A stretch of DNA of 64,000 nucleotides. Origin: Nitrospiraceae bacterium. Lineage in GTDB: Bacteria; Nitrospirota; Nitrospiria; Nitrospirales; Nitrospiraceae. The notes under the pieces are model-generated. The model ran no database searches, was not told the origin of the DNA, and saw only the letters and a program-made list of their open reading frames with translations. Made by a program: the position numbers and the translations under genes. Below, in pieces: positions 1-8,989 of this stretch (positions are counted from its first letter, which is position 1; the number at the start of each line of letters is the position of its first letter). Location: assembly GCA_050246315.1 (NCBI GenBank), contig JBFWWG010000003.1:224001-288000 (forward strand). The letters are read 5' to 3'.

Positions 1-385
1 TGATTTCCAGGGTGACCGGCGCCATCAGCAACACCGTGGTCACATTGTCCAGCATGGCCGAAAGGAGAGCCGTGATCGCCGACAGCAGCAGGATCATGCG
101 AAAGGGCTGCGCCTGGGCCCGCTTGGCCGACCAGATCGCCAAGACCTCGAACAGGCCTGTCTCGCGGGTGATGTTGATGATCACCATCATGCCGATCAGG
201 AGAAAGATCACGTTGTAGTCGACACCGAATTCGTGCGAGTAGAACGCCTCTTCCTGCGTGACCACGCCCAAACTGATCATTAAGGCCGCGCCGAACAGCG
301 CCACGATCGTCTTGTGGATACGTTCGGTGACGATGGCCAGATAACAGGCGCCGAAAATGAACAGGGCGAGTGTCGTGGGATTCAT
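1..385 (-). CDS. ArsB/NhaD (SLC13-like) ion transporter, 5' part; runs off the window start
   Basis: Hand translation of the minus strand from ATG 385 (alternative 394): MNPTTLALFIFGACYLAIVTERIHKTIVALFGAALM...VDYNVIFLLIGMMVII...LSAMLDNVTTVLLMAPVT. Hydrophobic, with the DNVTT motif. Absent from the ORF track because it is truncated. Confidence 0.8.
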   Translation of the reverse strand, partial: MNPTTLALFIFGACYLAIVTERIHKTIVALFGAALMISLGVVTQEEAFYSHEFGVDYNVIFLLIGMMVIINITRETGLFEVLAIWSAKRAQAQPFRMILLLSAITALLSAMLDNVTTVLLMAPVTLEI

Positions 386-549
386 GAGCTCCATGTGTCC
401 GTAAGTGATCGAACGATGCACACAGGTCGCACTGTACCGATCACGAGGGGCGTGCGCAACGGACTTCGGCCGATCGACAGGTGTCACGGCCGTTATCGAG
501 CGGATGCACCCGTGGTGGTCTCGTCCAAGACCGACACGGACGTCGAGAA

Positions 550-1644
550 CTACGGGGGGAGCAGCACCTTGCCGGACGAGTCGTCGGCATCTGGAAGCGG
601 CCTTCCCCCTGCCTCCGGCAGGATGCGAAACTGGGTAATCGCATAGGAGACCGCCTTGCCGACTTCGAGCCGGCTGCGACGAAAGTCTTCCTTGTTGAGG
701 CGTGAACGAAGGATCAACCCCTCCGACGTTTCGATCTCCAATCGATAGGCGACGCCGAGGAAGTAGATGTGCCGCAGACGCGCTTGGAGTCGGTACAGAG
801 CCGGGTCCTCGGAAACTTTGACGTAATAGGGACGGAAACCGATCTGTAGCTCCTTGTCATCCGGAAATCCCGGCGCGGGGAATTCCAGCGCGCCCACGCG
901 GACGAGCCCGCCCCGTACATATCCGGACACGATGTTCATCGCCCCGATGAACCGGGCAACGAACTCGGTGGCCGGTTCCTCATAAATTTCAGCCGGCGTG
1001 CCGATCTGCTCCAGTCGGCCTTTCGAGAAGACGAGAATTCGATCGGAAACCTCCATGGCCTCTTCCTGATCATGCGTCACGAACAGGCTGGTGACGTTCA
1101 ATTCATCATGAAGTCGGATCAACCATTCGCGCAGTTCCTGCCGCACCAGCGCATCGACGGCACCGAACGGCTCATCGAGAAGAAGCACGCTGGGGCGTGG
1201 AGCCAGGGCTCTGGCAATCGCCACCCGCTGGCGTTGTCCCCCAGAGAGTTGGCCGGGATAGCGCGCCTCAAGACCGGGGAGGCCCAGCAGGTTCATCAAC
1301 TCCTTGACGCGCGCGGCTTGGTCCTTTCCCGACCACTTGCGTATCTTGAGCCCGAATGCGATGTTTTCAAACACCGTCAGATGTTTGAACAGCGCATAAT
1401 GCTGAAAGACAAATCCGATATTCCGTTGCTGAACCGGCAGATCATTGACCAATCGGCCGTCGAGATAGATCTCTCCCGTCGTCGGTATTTCCAATCCGGC
1501 CAACATTCTCAGCACGGTGGTTTTCCCGCTGCCGCTCGGACCGAGAATGCCCATCAATTCCCCTTCGCGCACAGTGAAGGAAACCGCCGAGACGACCTCC
1601 ACCGGTCCGAAACGTTTGGAGAGCTGTCGAATATCGATCTTCAT
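550..1644 (-). CDS. cysA: Sulfate/thiosulfate ABC transporter ATP-binding subunit
   Basis: Walker A GPSGSGKT, LSGGQRQR signature, LLLDEPF, C-terminal TOBE-like region. Start at MKIDIRQ behind GGAG. Adjacent to cysW/cysT. Confidence 0.92.
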   Translation of the reverse strand: MKIDIRQLSKRFGPVEVVSAVSFTVREGELMGILGPSGSGKTTVLRMLAGLEIPTTGEIYLDGRLVNDLPVQQRNIGFVFQHYALFKHLTVFENIAFGLKIRKWSGKDQAARVKELMNLLGLPGLEARYPGQLSGGQRQRVAIARALAPRPSVLLLDEPFGAVDALVRQELREWLIRLHDELNVTSLFVTHDQEEAMEVSDRILVFSKGRLEQIGTPAEIYEEPATEFVARFIGAMNIVSGYVRGGLVRVGALEFPAPGFPDDKELQIGFRPYYVKVSEDPALYRLQARLRHIYFLGVAYRLEIETSEGLILRSRLNKEDFRRSRLEVGKAVSYAITQFRILPEAGGRPLPDADDSSGKVLLPP

Positions 1645-1654
1645 CACTCCTCGG

Positions 1655-2455
1655 TCATAGCGAGGCCTTGGCGGAGCGCGCCTTGGCAATCTCCAGCACG
1701 ATCAGGATAAGAAACGAGACGGCGAGCAAGGTCGTCGCTACGGCATAGGCGCCCGCATAGTTGAAATCGACGTAGCTTTGATAAATATGCAAGGTCGCGG
1801 TCTGCGTGAGCAGCAGCACGTTCCCCGAGACCACCAACACCGCCCCGAACTCACCGATTGCCCGGGCCACGGTCAAGGTGACACCGTAAATCAACCCCCA
1901 ACGGATCGCCGGCAGTGTGACCTTGAGAAACACCTGCCATTCGTTGGCTCCCAGCGTTCTGGCCGCTTCCTCACTCTCCGTTCCGATCGTCTGGAGCACC
2001 GGCGTCAGTTCCCGCACGACGAACGGATAGGTCACGAACAGCGTGGCCAGAATCATGGCCGGCTTGGCAAAGAGAATTTTGACCCCGGCGGTGCCGAAAA
2101 ATTGACCGAGCCACGTCTCCGGCCCGAACAGCAGGATGAGCATGAATCCCGCGATGACCGGGGAAACGGCAAAGGGCAGGTCGATCACGCCGCTGAGGAA
2201 CGCACGGCCCCAGAACCGTTGCCGAACCAGCACAAACGCGGTGATGGTGCCGAACAGAACGTTGAGCACGACGACGATCGCAGTAATTTCCGCCGTTAGG
2301 GCGAAGCCATGCATCGCTTCCGGCCTGGTCAGTTCGCTCCAAAACATGGCAATTCCATCACCGAAGGCTTGCGATGAGACATAGGCGATCGGGCCGACCA
2401 GCAGGATCAGGAAGTAGGCCCACACGAGGGTGATGAGCAGGCGGCGCATGGTCAC
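1655..2455 (-). CDS. cysW: Sulfate ABC transporter permease CysW
   Basis: IDLPFAVSPVIAG, EEAARTLGA (EAA loop), ARAIGEFGAV. Confidence 0.9.
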   Translation of the reverse strand: MTMRRLLITLVWAYFLILLVGPIAYVSSQAFGDGIAMFWSELTRPEAMHGFALTAEITAIVVVLNVLFGTITAFVLVRQRFWGRAFLSGVIDLPFAVSPVIAGFMLILLFGPETWLGQFFGTAGVKILFAKPAMILATLFVTYPFVVRELTPVLQTIGTESEEAARTLGANEWQVFLKVTLPAIRWGLIYGVTLTVARAIGEFGAVLVVSGNVLLLTQTATLHIYQSYVDFNYAGAYAVATTLLAVSFLILIVLEIAKARSAKASL

Positions 2456-2462
2456 CGCTCCA

Positions 2463-3338
2463 TCACGACGGGAGAACCCCGGAAGGAGATGAAACTTGCC
2501 TACGGACGGGCATCCGCCTGAACCAGGCAGGGAGTCGCTCGCCGGGCGGCCTGACCAACCGCTCCAGCACTAACAGCGCGGCAAACGACAGGACCAACAT
2601 CAGGACGGAAACCGACGTGGCCCCGCGCGGGTTATAGCTTTCGATCTCTCCATAGACATAGACCGACGCCACCTGCGTCTTCATCGGGATATTGCCCGCC
2701 GCAATCACGATCGCGCCGAATTCCCCGAGCGCCCGTACGAAGGTCAGAAACACCCCCGTCAGGAGGCCGGGTAGGGTGGCGGGCACGGTAACCCTCCAGA
2801 ACGTAACCCACGCACTCGCGCCCAAAGTATAGGCTGCCTCTTCCTGCTCCCGTTCCAATTCCATCAGGACCGGCTGAAGCGCGCGCACGACAAAAGGCAT
2901 GGTGACAAACACCATCGCCAAGACAATGCCCGGTCGCTCATAAATGATAGACAACCCGAGCAACTGCAACTCGCTTCCGATGAAACTGGTCGGACCGTAG
3001 ACCGCGACGATCATCAGGCCGGCCACCAGGGTCGGGATGGCGAACGGGAGGTCCACCAGGGAATTAAGCAACCAGCGGCCGGGGAATTCGTATCGCACCA
3101 ATGTCACAGCCGTCACCGTTCCGAAGACGGCATTGATGATGGTGGTGAGGAGCGCGGCACCAACGGTCAGTTTTACAGCCGCCCACGCCTGCGGGTGGGA
3201 GACATCGTCCAGAAAGCCGGCCGGCCCGTTCGCGAATGAGGCCTGGACAATGACTGCTAGAGGCAGCACGATCAAGGCGAACACATAGCCGATGCTCGTC
3301 ACACGGAGCGCGGTCTTGACAAGGGAGCGGGGCAACAT
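2463..3338 (-). CDS. cysT: Sulfate ABC transporter permease CysT (CysU)
   Basis: VDLPFAIPTLVAG, EEAAYTLGAS, RALGEFG, GNIPMKT. Confidence 0.9.
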   Translation of the reverse strand: MLPRSLVKTALRVTSIGYVFALIVLPLAVIVQASFANGPAGFLDDVSHPQAWAAVKLTVGAALLTTIINAVFGTVTAVTLVRYEFPGRWLLNSLVDLPFAIPTLVAGLMIVAVYGPTSFIGSELQLLGLSIIYERPGIVLAMVFVTMPFVVRALQPVLMELEREQEEAAYTLGASAWVTFWRVTVPATLPGLLTGVFLTFVRALGEFGAIVIAAGNIPMKTQVASVYVYGEIESYNPRGATSVSVLMLVLSFAALLVLERLVRPPGERLPAWFRRMPVRRQVSSPSGVLPS

Positions 3339-3419
3339 GCAACTCTCACGGGCGCTTCGGGGACGCGCATTCGATTCATCGCCGATGGGAGACCGCTCCC
3401 TTCGGCACGTCTGGACGCT

Positions 3420-4463
3420 TCACCGGGTACGGGCCAATTCTTCTATCGCCTTGGTCCACACCCCCTGAGGACCGAACACCTGAGCGGTGACGGACTCCCA
3501 TCCTCCCAATTCTTTGATGGAAAAAATCTCAGAGGGCTGGGCTGCAGGCACGCCGCCGGCAGGACCGGCAGCGGGGCGGAATCCCAGATCTGCGAAGGCC
3601 TGTTGAGCTTGCGCGTCATGCAAGAACGCGACGAAGGCCTCCGCGACATCCCTGACCCGATGCTTATCGGCATACCGGTCCACCACCGCCACCGGATTTT
3701 CGATCAGGATGGTGGTGGGCGGCGTGACGATCTCGTAGAGGCGGCCGAGCTTCACGCGAGGCACGAGCTCGTTTTCATAGGTCACGATGACGTCCCCGAT
3801 ACCCCGCTCGAACGTCGTCACCGACTCGCGTCCGCTCTTGTCCATCACCTTGACGTTCTTCTGAATCCGTTTCAGTAAATCCGCTGCGTAGGATGACGGG
3901 TTGGCCGTTCCCGGCGGAGGCTGACGGAGACCCGCACCGTAAATCGCCAGAATGTCCCACATGGCACCGCCGGAAGTCTTGGGGTTCGGATAGAGCACGT
4001 CGATCCCCCCTTTCGCAAGATCCTCCCAAGTCTTGATCCTCTTAGGGTTGCCCTTTCTGGTTCCCCATACCACGAGCGACGTGGTGACGATGCCGCGGTG
4101 GGGGCCTTGTTTCCAGTCGTGCGTAATCAGCCCGGCCTTGATGATTTGGGCCAAGTCGCCTTCGAGGGAAAGAGCGGCGACATCGGCTTCGAACCCGCCG
4201 AGGATGGCTCTGGTTTGTGCGCCGGAGGCGCTGTACGACGATCGCACTCGAAGATCTTGGCCGGTCTTGGCCTTCCAATGCGCCTGAAATGCCGGAATGA
4301 TCTGTTTCTCATACGCTTCTTTGGGCACACTGTAGGAGGCGATGACGAGTTCCCGTGTTTCGGCGCCGACCGGAACCGCCGCCGACAGAAGGAAGCCAAC
4401 CCAGCAGAAAAGTCCGAACCATCTTCGAGCCCGATTGAGTCTGTCGATGAGAGAGCCGACCAT
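3420..4463 (-). CDS. sbp: Sulfate ABC transporter substrate-binding protein
   Basis: Signal peptide; SYSASGAQTRA, GNPKRIKTWEDL, PNPKTSGGA, GDVIVTYENE. Confidence 0.9.
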   Translation of the reverse strand: MVGSLIDRLNRARRWFGLFCWVGFLLSAAVPVGAETRELVIASYSVPKEAYEKQIIPAFQAHWKAKTGQDLRVRSSYSASGAQTRAILGGFEADVAALSLEGDLAQIIKAGLITHDWKQGPHRGIVTTSLVVWGTRKGNPKRIKTWEDLAKGGIDVLYPNPKTSGGAMWDILAIYGAGLRQPPPGTANPSSYAADLLKRIQKNVKVMDKSGRESVTTFERGIGDVIVTYENELVPRVKLGRLYEIVTPPTTILIENPVAVVDRYADKHRVRDVAEAFVAFLHDAQAQQAFADLGFRPAAGPAGGVPAAQPSEIFSIKELGGWESVTAQVFGPQGVWTKAIEELARTR

Positions 4464-4464
4464 A

Positions 4465-4902
4465 TCAGCGGCCTCCTTTCACGCCCTTGGAGAAATCGTG
4501 AAGCGTGTAGTTGTCCAGGATGGATGCGATCGCGTTGCGCACCTCTCCCATGGCGTCCTGCAACGGGCAAAATTCCTTTTTCGCATAGGGACAGTCATGG
4601 CATTTTTGATAGGCGGTCTTGCTCACGCAGCCGATTGGCGCCAACGGACCGTCCAGGAGCCGAATGACCTGTCCCAATGTAATCTCCTTCGGCGCCTTGA
4701 TCAGCTCATATCCGCCGCGGATGCCTCGTCGGCTCGCGAGGATTCCGGCACGCTTGAGGGCCAACAGGATCTGTTCGAGAAACTCAACCGGGATCCGCTG
4801 CCGCTCGCCGATCTCCTGGCGCTGAATCAGCCGCTCGTTGTAGTGCAGCGCGAGTTCCAGCAAGGCCCGCAGGCCGTATTCGCTCTTCTTGGAAAATTTC
4901 AT
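4465..4902 (-). CDS. Rrf2-family transcriptional regulator heading the sulfate uptake operon
   Basis: SKKSEYGLRALLEL, FLEQIL, SRRGIRGGYEL, Cys-rich C-terminal segment. Confidence 0.9.
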   Translation of the reverse strand: MKFSKKSEYGLRALLELALHYNERLIQRQEIGERQRIPVEFLEQILLALKRAGILASRRGIRGGYELIKAPKEITLGQVIRLLDGPLAPIGCVSKTAYQKCHDCPYAKKEFCPLQDAMGEVRNAIASILDNYTLHDFSKGVKGGR

Positions 4903-4916
4903 TTCCGCTCGAAGTA

Positions 4917-4932
4917 ACTAAAGTGATTTAGT
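4917..4932. promoter_or_regulatory. Palindrome ACTAAA-N4-TTTAGT, candidate Rrf2 operator
   Basis: Inverted repeat 15-30 bp upstream of the rrf2 start. A minus-strand TTGACA lies at 4968-4973. Confidence 0.4.
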
Positions 4933-5084
4933 CAACTTGAACGAGAAGTACTCCATCGTCCGACCATTGTCAAGCCGCGCCGAGCGCATCCGACGGCGGT
5001 GCATGCTCTCGTCAGGGTCGCCATACCCTCGTTCCGTGACAGGCAAGGATGCTCGTCGTCATTGCACAGCCATAGATCGCCCGC

Positions 5085-5113
5085 TTGACAGGGTGGTGTG
5101 TTCTTGTTACGTT
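5085..5113 (+). promoter_or_regulatory. sigma70-like promoter for glyQS
   Basis: TTGACA-N17-TACGTT. Confidence 0.5.
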
Positions 5114-5166
5114 CGCTTCTCTAAAACACATTGATCGACAAGGGTTTTTGAAGGGTTTTTCAGCCT

Positions 5167-6108
5167 GTGACCTTCCAGGACGTGATTCTCTCGCTCCACC
5201 GTTTTTGGGCCGATCAAGGCTGCGTCGTCCACCAACCGTATGACCTGGAAATGGGGGCCGGCACCTTCCATCCGGCCACCTTCTTGCGTGCCCTTGGGCC
5301 GGAGCCCTGGCGCTCAGCCTATGCGCAGCCCTGCCGGCGTCCGACCGATGGGCGATACGGAGACAATCCCAACCGATTACAGCACTACTATCAGTACCAA
5401 GTGGTGCTCAAACCCGCCCCGCCCGACATTCAGGATCTCTACCTCCGCAGCCTGGCCTTCTTGGGGATCGATCCAAAGGAGCACGACATTCGCTTCATGC
5501 AGGACGACTGGGAATCCCCGACGTTGGGAGCCTGGGGACTGGGCTGGGAAGTCCGGCTGGACGGCATGGAAATCACCCAGTTCACATATTTTCAGGAAAT
5601 CGGTGGCATCGAACTTCAACCGATTACGGTCGAATTGACCTATGGCACGGAACGAATCGCCATGTACTTGCAGGGCGTCGACAACGTCTTCGACCTGGCC
5701 TGGAACGAGTCGATCTCCTATGGCGACATTCACCATCGCACCGAGGTGGAGTTCTCCAAGCACAATTTCGAGGAAGCGAATGTCCCCATGCTGATGGCGG
5801 GGTTTCAAGCCTATGAAGCCGAGTGTCAGTCGTTATTGGCCAAGCGATTGACCTTACCGGCCTATGACTACTGCATCAAGTCGTCGCACCTGTTCAACCT
5901 GCTCGACGCCAGAGGCGCGATCAGCGTGACCGAACGGACCGGCTACATCGCGCGCGTCCGCGCCCTCGCAAGACAATGTGCCGAGCACTATGTACAGGAT
6001 CGAGAAACGATGGGCTTTCCTCTGCTGGCCCGCACGGGTCAGGGACTTCCGCGGCGAGGCGCCAAGGAGCGCAGTCGCTCACGCACCCCGCACAAGCGGC
6101 CTAGGTAA
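5167..6108 (+). CDS. glyQ: Glycine--tRNA ligase alpha subunit
   Basis: TFQDVIL...[10 protein letters not shown]...[20 protein letters not shown]...[17 protein letters not shown]. Confidence 0.97.
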   Translation: MTFQDVILSLHRFWADQGCVVHQPYDLEMGAGTFHPATFLRALGPEPWRSAYAQPCRRPTDGRYGDNPNRLQHYYQYQVVLKPAPPDIQDLYLRSLAFLGIDPKEHDIRFMQDDWESPTLGAWGLGWEVRLDGMEITQFTYFQEIGGIELQPITVELTYGTERIAMYLQGVDNVFDLAWNESISYGDIHHRTEVEFSKHNFEEANVPMLMAGFQAYEAECQSLLAKRLTLPAYDYCIKSSHLFNLLDARGAISVTERTGYIARVRALARQCAEHYVQDRETMGFPLLARTGQGLPRRGAKERSRSRTPHKRPR

Positions 6109-6143
6109 GACCGACAACCCACGGAACGCATTGCACAGAACTC

Positions 6144-8381
6144 ATGCTCTCCTCATCTCAATCAGGATCGACCCGATCGACACGTGCCCGTTCAACCGCG
6201 AGGGAGCCGCGCGAGGATTTCGTGCTGGAAATCGGCACGGAAGAGTTGCCCTATCAATTCATAGCCCCGACGCTCCGCTCACTTCAAGAACTGACCGAAC
6301 GGCTGCTTACTGAGCAGCGACTGGCCTTTGGAGCCGTCTCGACGGCCGGCACCCCTCGGCGGTTGGCAGTGGAAGTGCGGAGTTTGGCGCTTCGCCAGGC
6401 TTCGGCCGTCAAGGAAGTCATGGGACCTCCCAAATCCGCCGCCTACGACGGGACCGGACAACCGACCAAGGCTGCGCTGGGGTTCGCAGCTTCGCAGGGC
6501 GTCTCCGTCTCGGATCTTGAGGTACGCCAGATGCCCAAGGGTGAGTACCTCTTCGCCGTAAGGCGGGAGCCAGGCGAAGCGGCCGAATCGGTCCTGCGCG
6601 TCCAGCTCCCTCAGCTTATTCAACGCCTGTCGTTCCCCAAAGCGATGAAATGGAACGAGACCGGCTTCCGATTCGCGCGGCCCATCCGGTGGTTGTTAGC
6701 TCTCTTGGGAGAGAAGCTGATTCCGTTCGAGGTCGGTGGTATGACGTCTGCCCGGTTGACCTACGGCCATCGCTTTCTCGGTGGATCGGCAAAGGTACGC
6801 TCATCCGGTATCATCGCCAAGAATGCCGCCTCCTACCGGTCGTTGCTGGAGAAACATGGTGTCGTCGTTGATCCAGTCCGGCGCCGCTCGCTGATCGAGG
6901 AATCCCTTCAGAGCCTGGCCCGCAAGGCGAAGGCCGAGCTGCGGATGGACCACGAGCTGCTCGAACAGGCGACCTACGCCGTTGAATTTCCGTCCGCCAT
7001 CCTCGGCGAGTTCGATGCACGCTATCTGAAGCTGCCGCCCGATATCATCGAAACCGCCATGCGGGAACACCAGGGGTTCTTTGTGCTCCGCAACCAGCAG
7101 GGAGGCCTACTTCCGCAGTTTCTCGCAGTCACGAACATCCGCCCTCACGACCAATCGCTGATCCGCAAGGGAAACGAGAGAGTGCTGGCGGCGCGGCTCG
7201 CGGATGCGGCCTTCTATTTTGACGCAGATCGGAAGGCCAACCTTGCGGACCGGGTCGAGAAACTGAAGCACGTCGTATTCCATCAAAAGCTGGGCACGCT
7301 GCACCAGAAGACCCAACGGCTGATCGCGCTTGCCGGATATCTGGCCGAGCATCTGGGACAGAGCCATTTGGTGGACGCCTGCAAGCGCGCGGCCCTGCTG
7401 AGCAAGACCGACCTGCTGACCGGTGTCGTCGGAGAGTTTCCAACCTTGCAGGGGCTGATGGGCCGCGAGTACGCCGCACACGATGGAGAATCCGCGGAAG
7501 TCGCCCTGGCCTTGCAGGAACAGTATCGGCCCCGCACGTTGGAGGACGACGGTCCTTCCAGTGCTGCCGGAAAAATTCTTGCTCTGGCGGACCGGCTCGA
7601 CAACGTCGCAGCTTTTTTCTCCGCCGGCCTCATCCCGACTGGATCGGAGGACCCCTTCGCGCTAAGACGCCAAGCCTCGGGACTCGTCCGAATCCTCGTT
7701 GAAGGGGACTTACGCCTCGATCTGGCTGGAGCGCTCACGCATGCCGCCGCTCTCGTCCGCGAGCAGGGGTTCGGCTCGTGTACCCAGACCGACCCGCAAA
7801 TTCCGGCGCCCCAGAAGGCCGGACGAAGCCCAAGTACCCAGGCTGATCCGCTGGAATTCGTCCTCGAACGGTTCCGCTACTATGGTCAGACGGTGCAGGG
7901 GCTCCGCGACGACGTGATGCAGGCGGTGACAAGGACACCCGGACTCAGAGAATACGACCTGAGCGACCTGCTCGCACGGATCAAATGCTTACAGGCCCTG
8001 ACCGCCAAAACGGATTTCGATCCGCTGATCGTCGGCTTCAAACGCGCCCATCGGCTCATCGAGAAAGAGCGCTGGACGTCGGATTCCATTACTCCGGAAC
8101 TGTTCGAACACGAGGCCGAAAGTCGGCTGTACGAGGCGTTGCTTCAGGCACAGCACCGGGTTCCTGATTGGCTCCAAGCTCGGGACTATGCACTCGCCTT
8201 GGGCGAACTCATTGCACTCAAACCCGCCATCGATGAATTCTTCGCGAGAGTGATGGTCAACACCGAGCATTCTGGGTTACGATCGAATCGGCTGTCGTTG
8301 CTCTATGTGATCGACGTACTCTTTCTCTCATGCGCCGACTTGTCGCTGATCGCCGCACAGGGAACCGAACGGGGGGCCTGA
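6144..8381 (+). CDS. glyS: Glycine--tRNA ligase beta subunit
   Basis: LEIGTEELP, TPRRLA, FARPIRW, GEFPTLQG, GSEDPFALRR. Follows glyQ. Confidence 0.95.
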   Translation: MLSSSQSGSTRSTRARSTAREPREDFVLEIGTEELPYQFIAPTLRSLQELTERLLTEQRLAFGAVSTAGTPRRLAVEVRSLALRQASAVKEVMGPPKSAAYDGTGQPTKAALGFAASQGVSVSDLEVRQMPKGEYLFAVRREPGEAAESVLRVQLPQLIQRLSFPKAMKWNETGFRFARPIRWLLALLGEKLIPFEVGGMTSARLTYGHRFLGGSAKVRSSGIIAKNAASYRSLLEKHGVVVDPVRRRSLIEESLQSLARKAKAELRMDHELLEQATYAVEFPSAILGEFDARYLKLPPDIIETAMREHQGFFVLRNQQGGLLPQFLAVTNIRPHDQSLIRKGNERVLAARLADAAFYFDADRKANLADRVEKLKHVVFHQKLGTLHQKTQRLIALAGYLAEHLGQSHLVDACKRAALLSKTDLLTGVVGEFPTLQGLMGREYAAHDGESAEVALALQEQYRPRTLEDDGPSSAAGKILALADRLDNVAAFFSAGLIPTGSEDPFALRRQASGLVRILVEGDLRLDLAGALTHAAALVREQGFGSCTQTDPQIPAPQKAGRSPSTQADPLEFVLERFRYYGQTVQGLRDDVMQAVTRTPGLREYDLSDLLARIKCLQALTAKTDFDPLIVGFKRAHRLIEKERWTSDSITPELFEHEAESRLYEALLQAQHRVPDWLQARDYALALGELIALKPAIDEFFARVMVNTEHSGLRSNRLSLLYVIDVLFLSCADLSLIAAQGTERGA

Positions 8382-8408
8382 CCGTCAACGCATCAGGGGA
8401 GGTCGGGG

Positions 8409-8969
8409 ATGGATTCACGCAATGCCTCGGTCAATCCGTGCCCAGAGCCACATCGGACGCCGGATCCGACGCCGCGCACGCCTGAATTCTCAGACGGAGA
8501 CGGGAAGACGCGTCTCGTCCGGCGGTATGCCACCGGCGTCACGGTGGTGCTGATGATCCTCTGTCCCGCCCTGTTCTTTCTCGGCCTCTGGGTCAGCGAC
8601 ATTCGTGCCGACCAGTTGTTCCGGCTTCCCGACGTCTTCCATCCGGCCAAGGATGTCTGCCTGCGATTGGGGTGGCAAAGGGTCTCGGGCAAAGAGGATC
8701 TGGTCCAGGTCTGTTCCGAATGGATCCACCTCTCCGATCCTTCTGGAGAAACCCACAGCCTGACGAGGGAAACGACGATCCGGGAAGGGGCGGACGGCAA
8801 ACTTTATTTCGACTATGGTTCGTTGACGGATTGGCGATTGTTCGCCTATGTCGGATTGGTGGTCGCGATCCTTGCATTCGGGTGGTTTGTACGGCGCTAC
8901 CTCGTCACCCGATACCGCCTGCGGCTCGAAGCCGCCGCGCGACAGACATCCATCATGCATTGGTCATAA
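8409..8969 (+). CDS. Hypothetical membrane protein with two hydrophobic segments
   Basis: Fills the gap between glyS and ppdK; two TM-like stretches. Start uncertain. Confidence 0.6.
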   Translation: MDSRNASVNPCPEPHRTPDPTPRTPEFSDGDGKTRLVRRYATGVTVVLMILCPALFFLGLWVSDIRADQLFRLPDVFHPAKDVCLRLGWQRVSGKEDLVQVCSEWIHLSDPSGETHSLTRETTIREGADGKLYFDYGSLTDWRLFAYVGLVVAILAFGWFVRRYLVTRYRLRLEAAARQTSIMHWS

Positions 8970-8989
8970 GAGGGAAGGAGCACACGACC

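Noticed and set aside
8672..8989. Long N-terminal extensions on ORF-track calls (ppdK; likewise ribD, the HEAT protein, 53440 and 54695)
   Set aside because: They overlap upstream genes. Homology-like sequence and RBSs begin at later starts.
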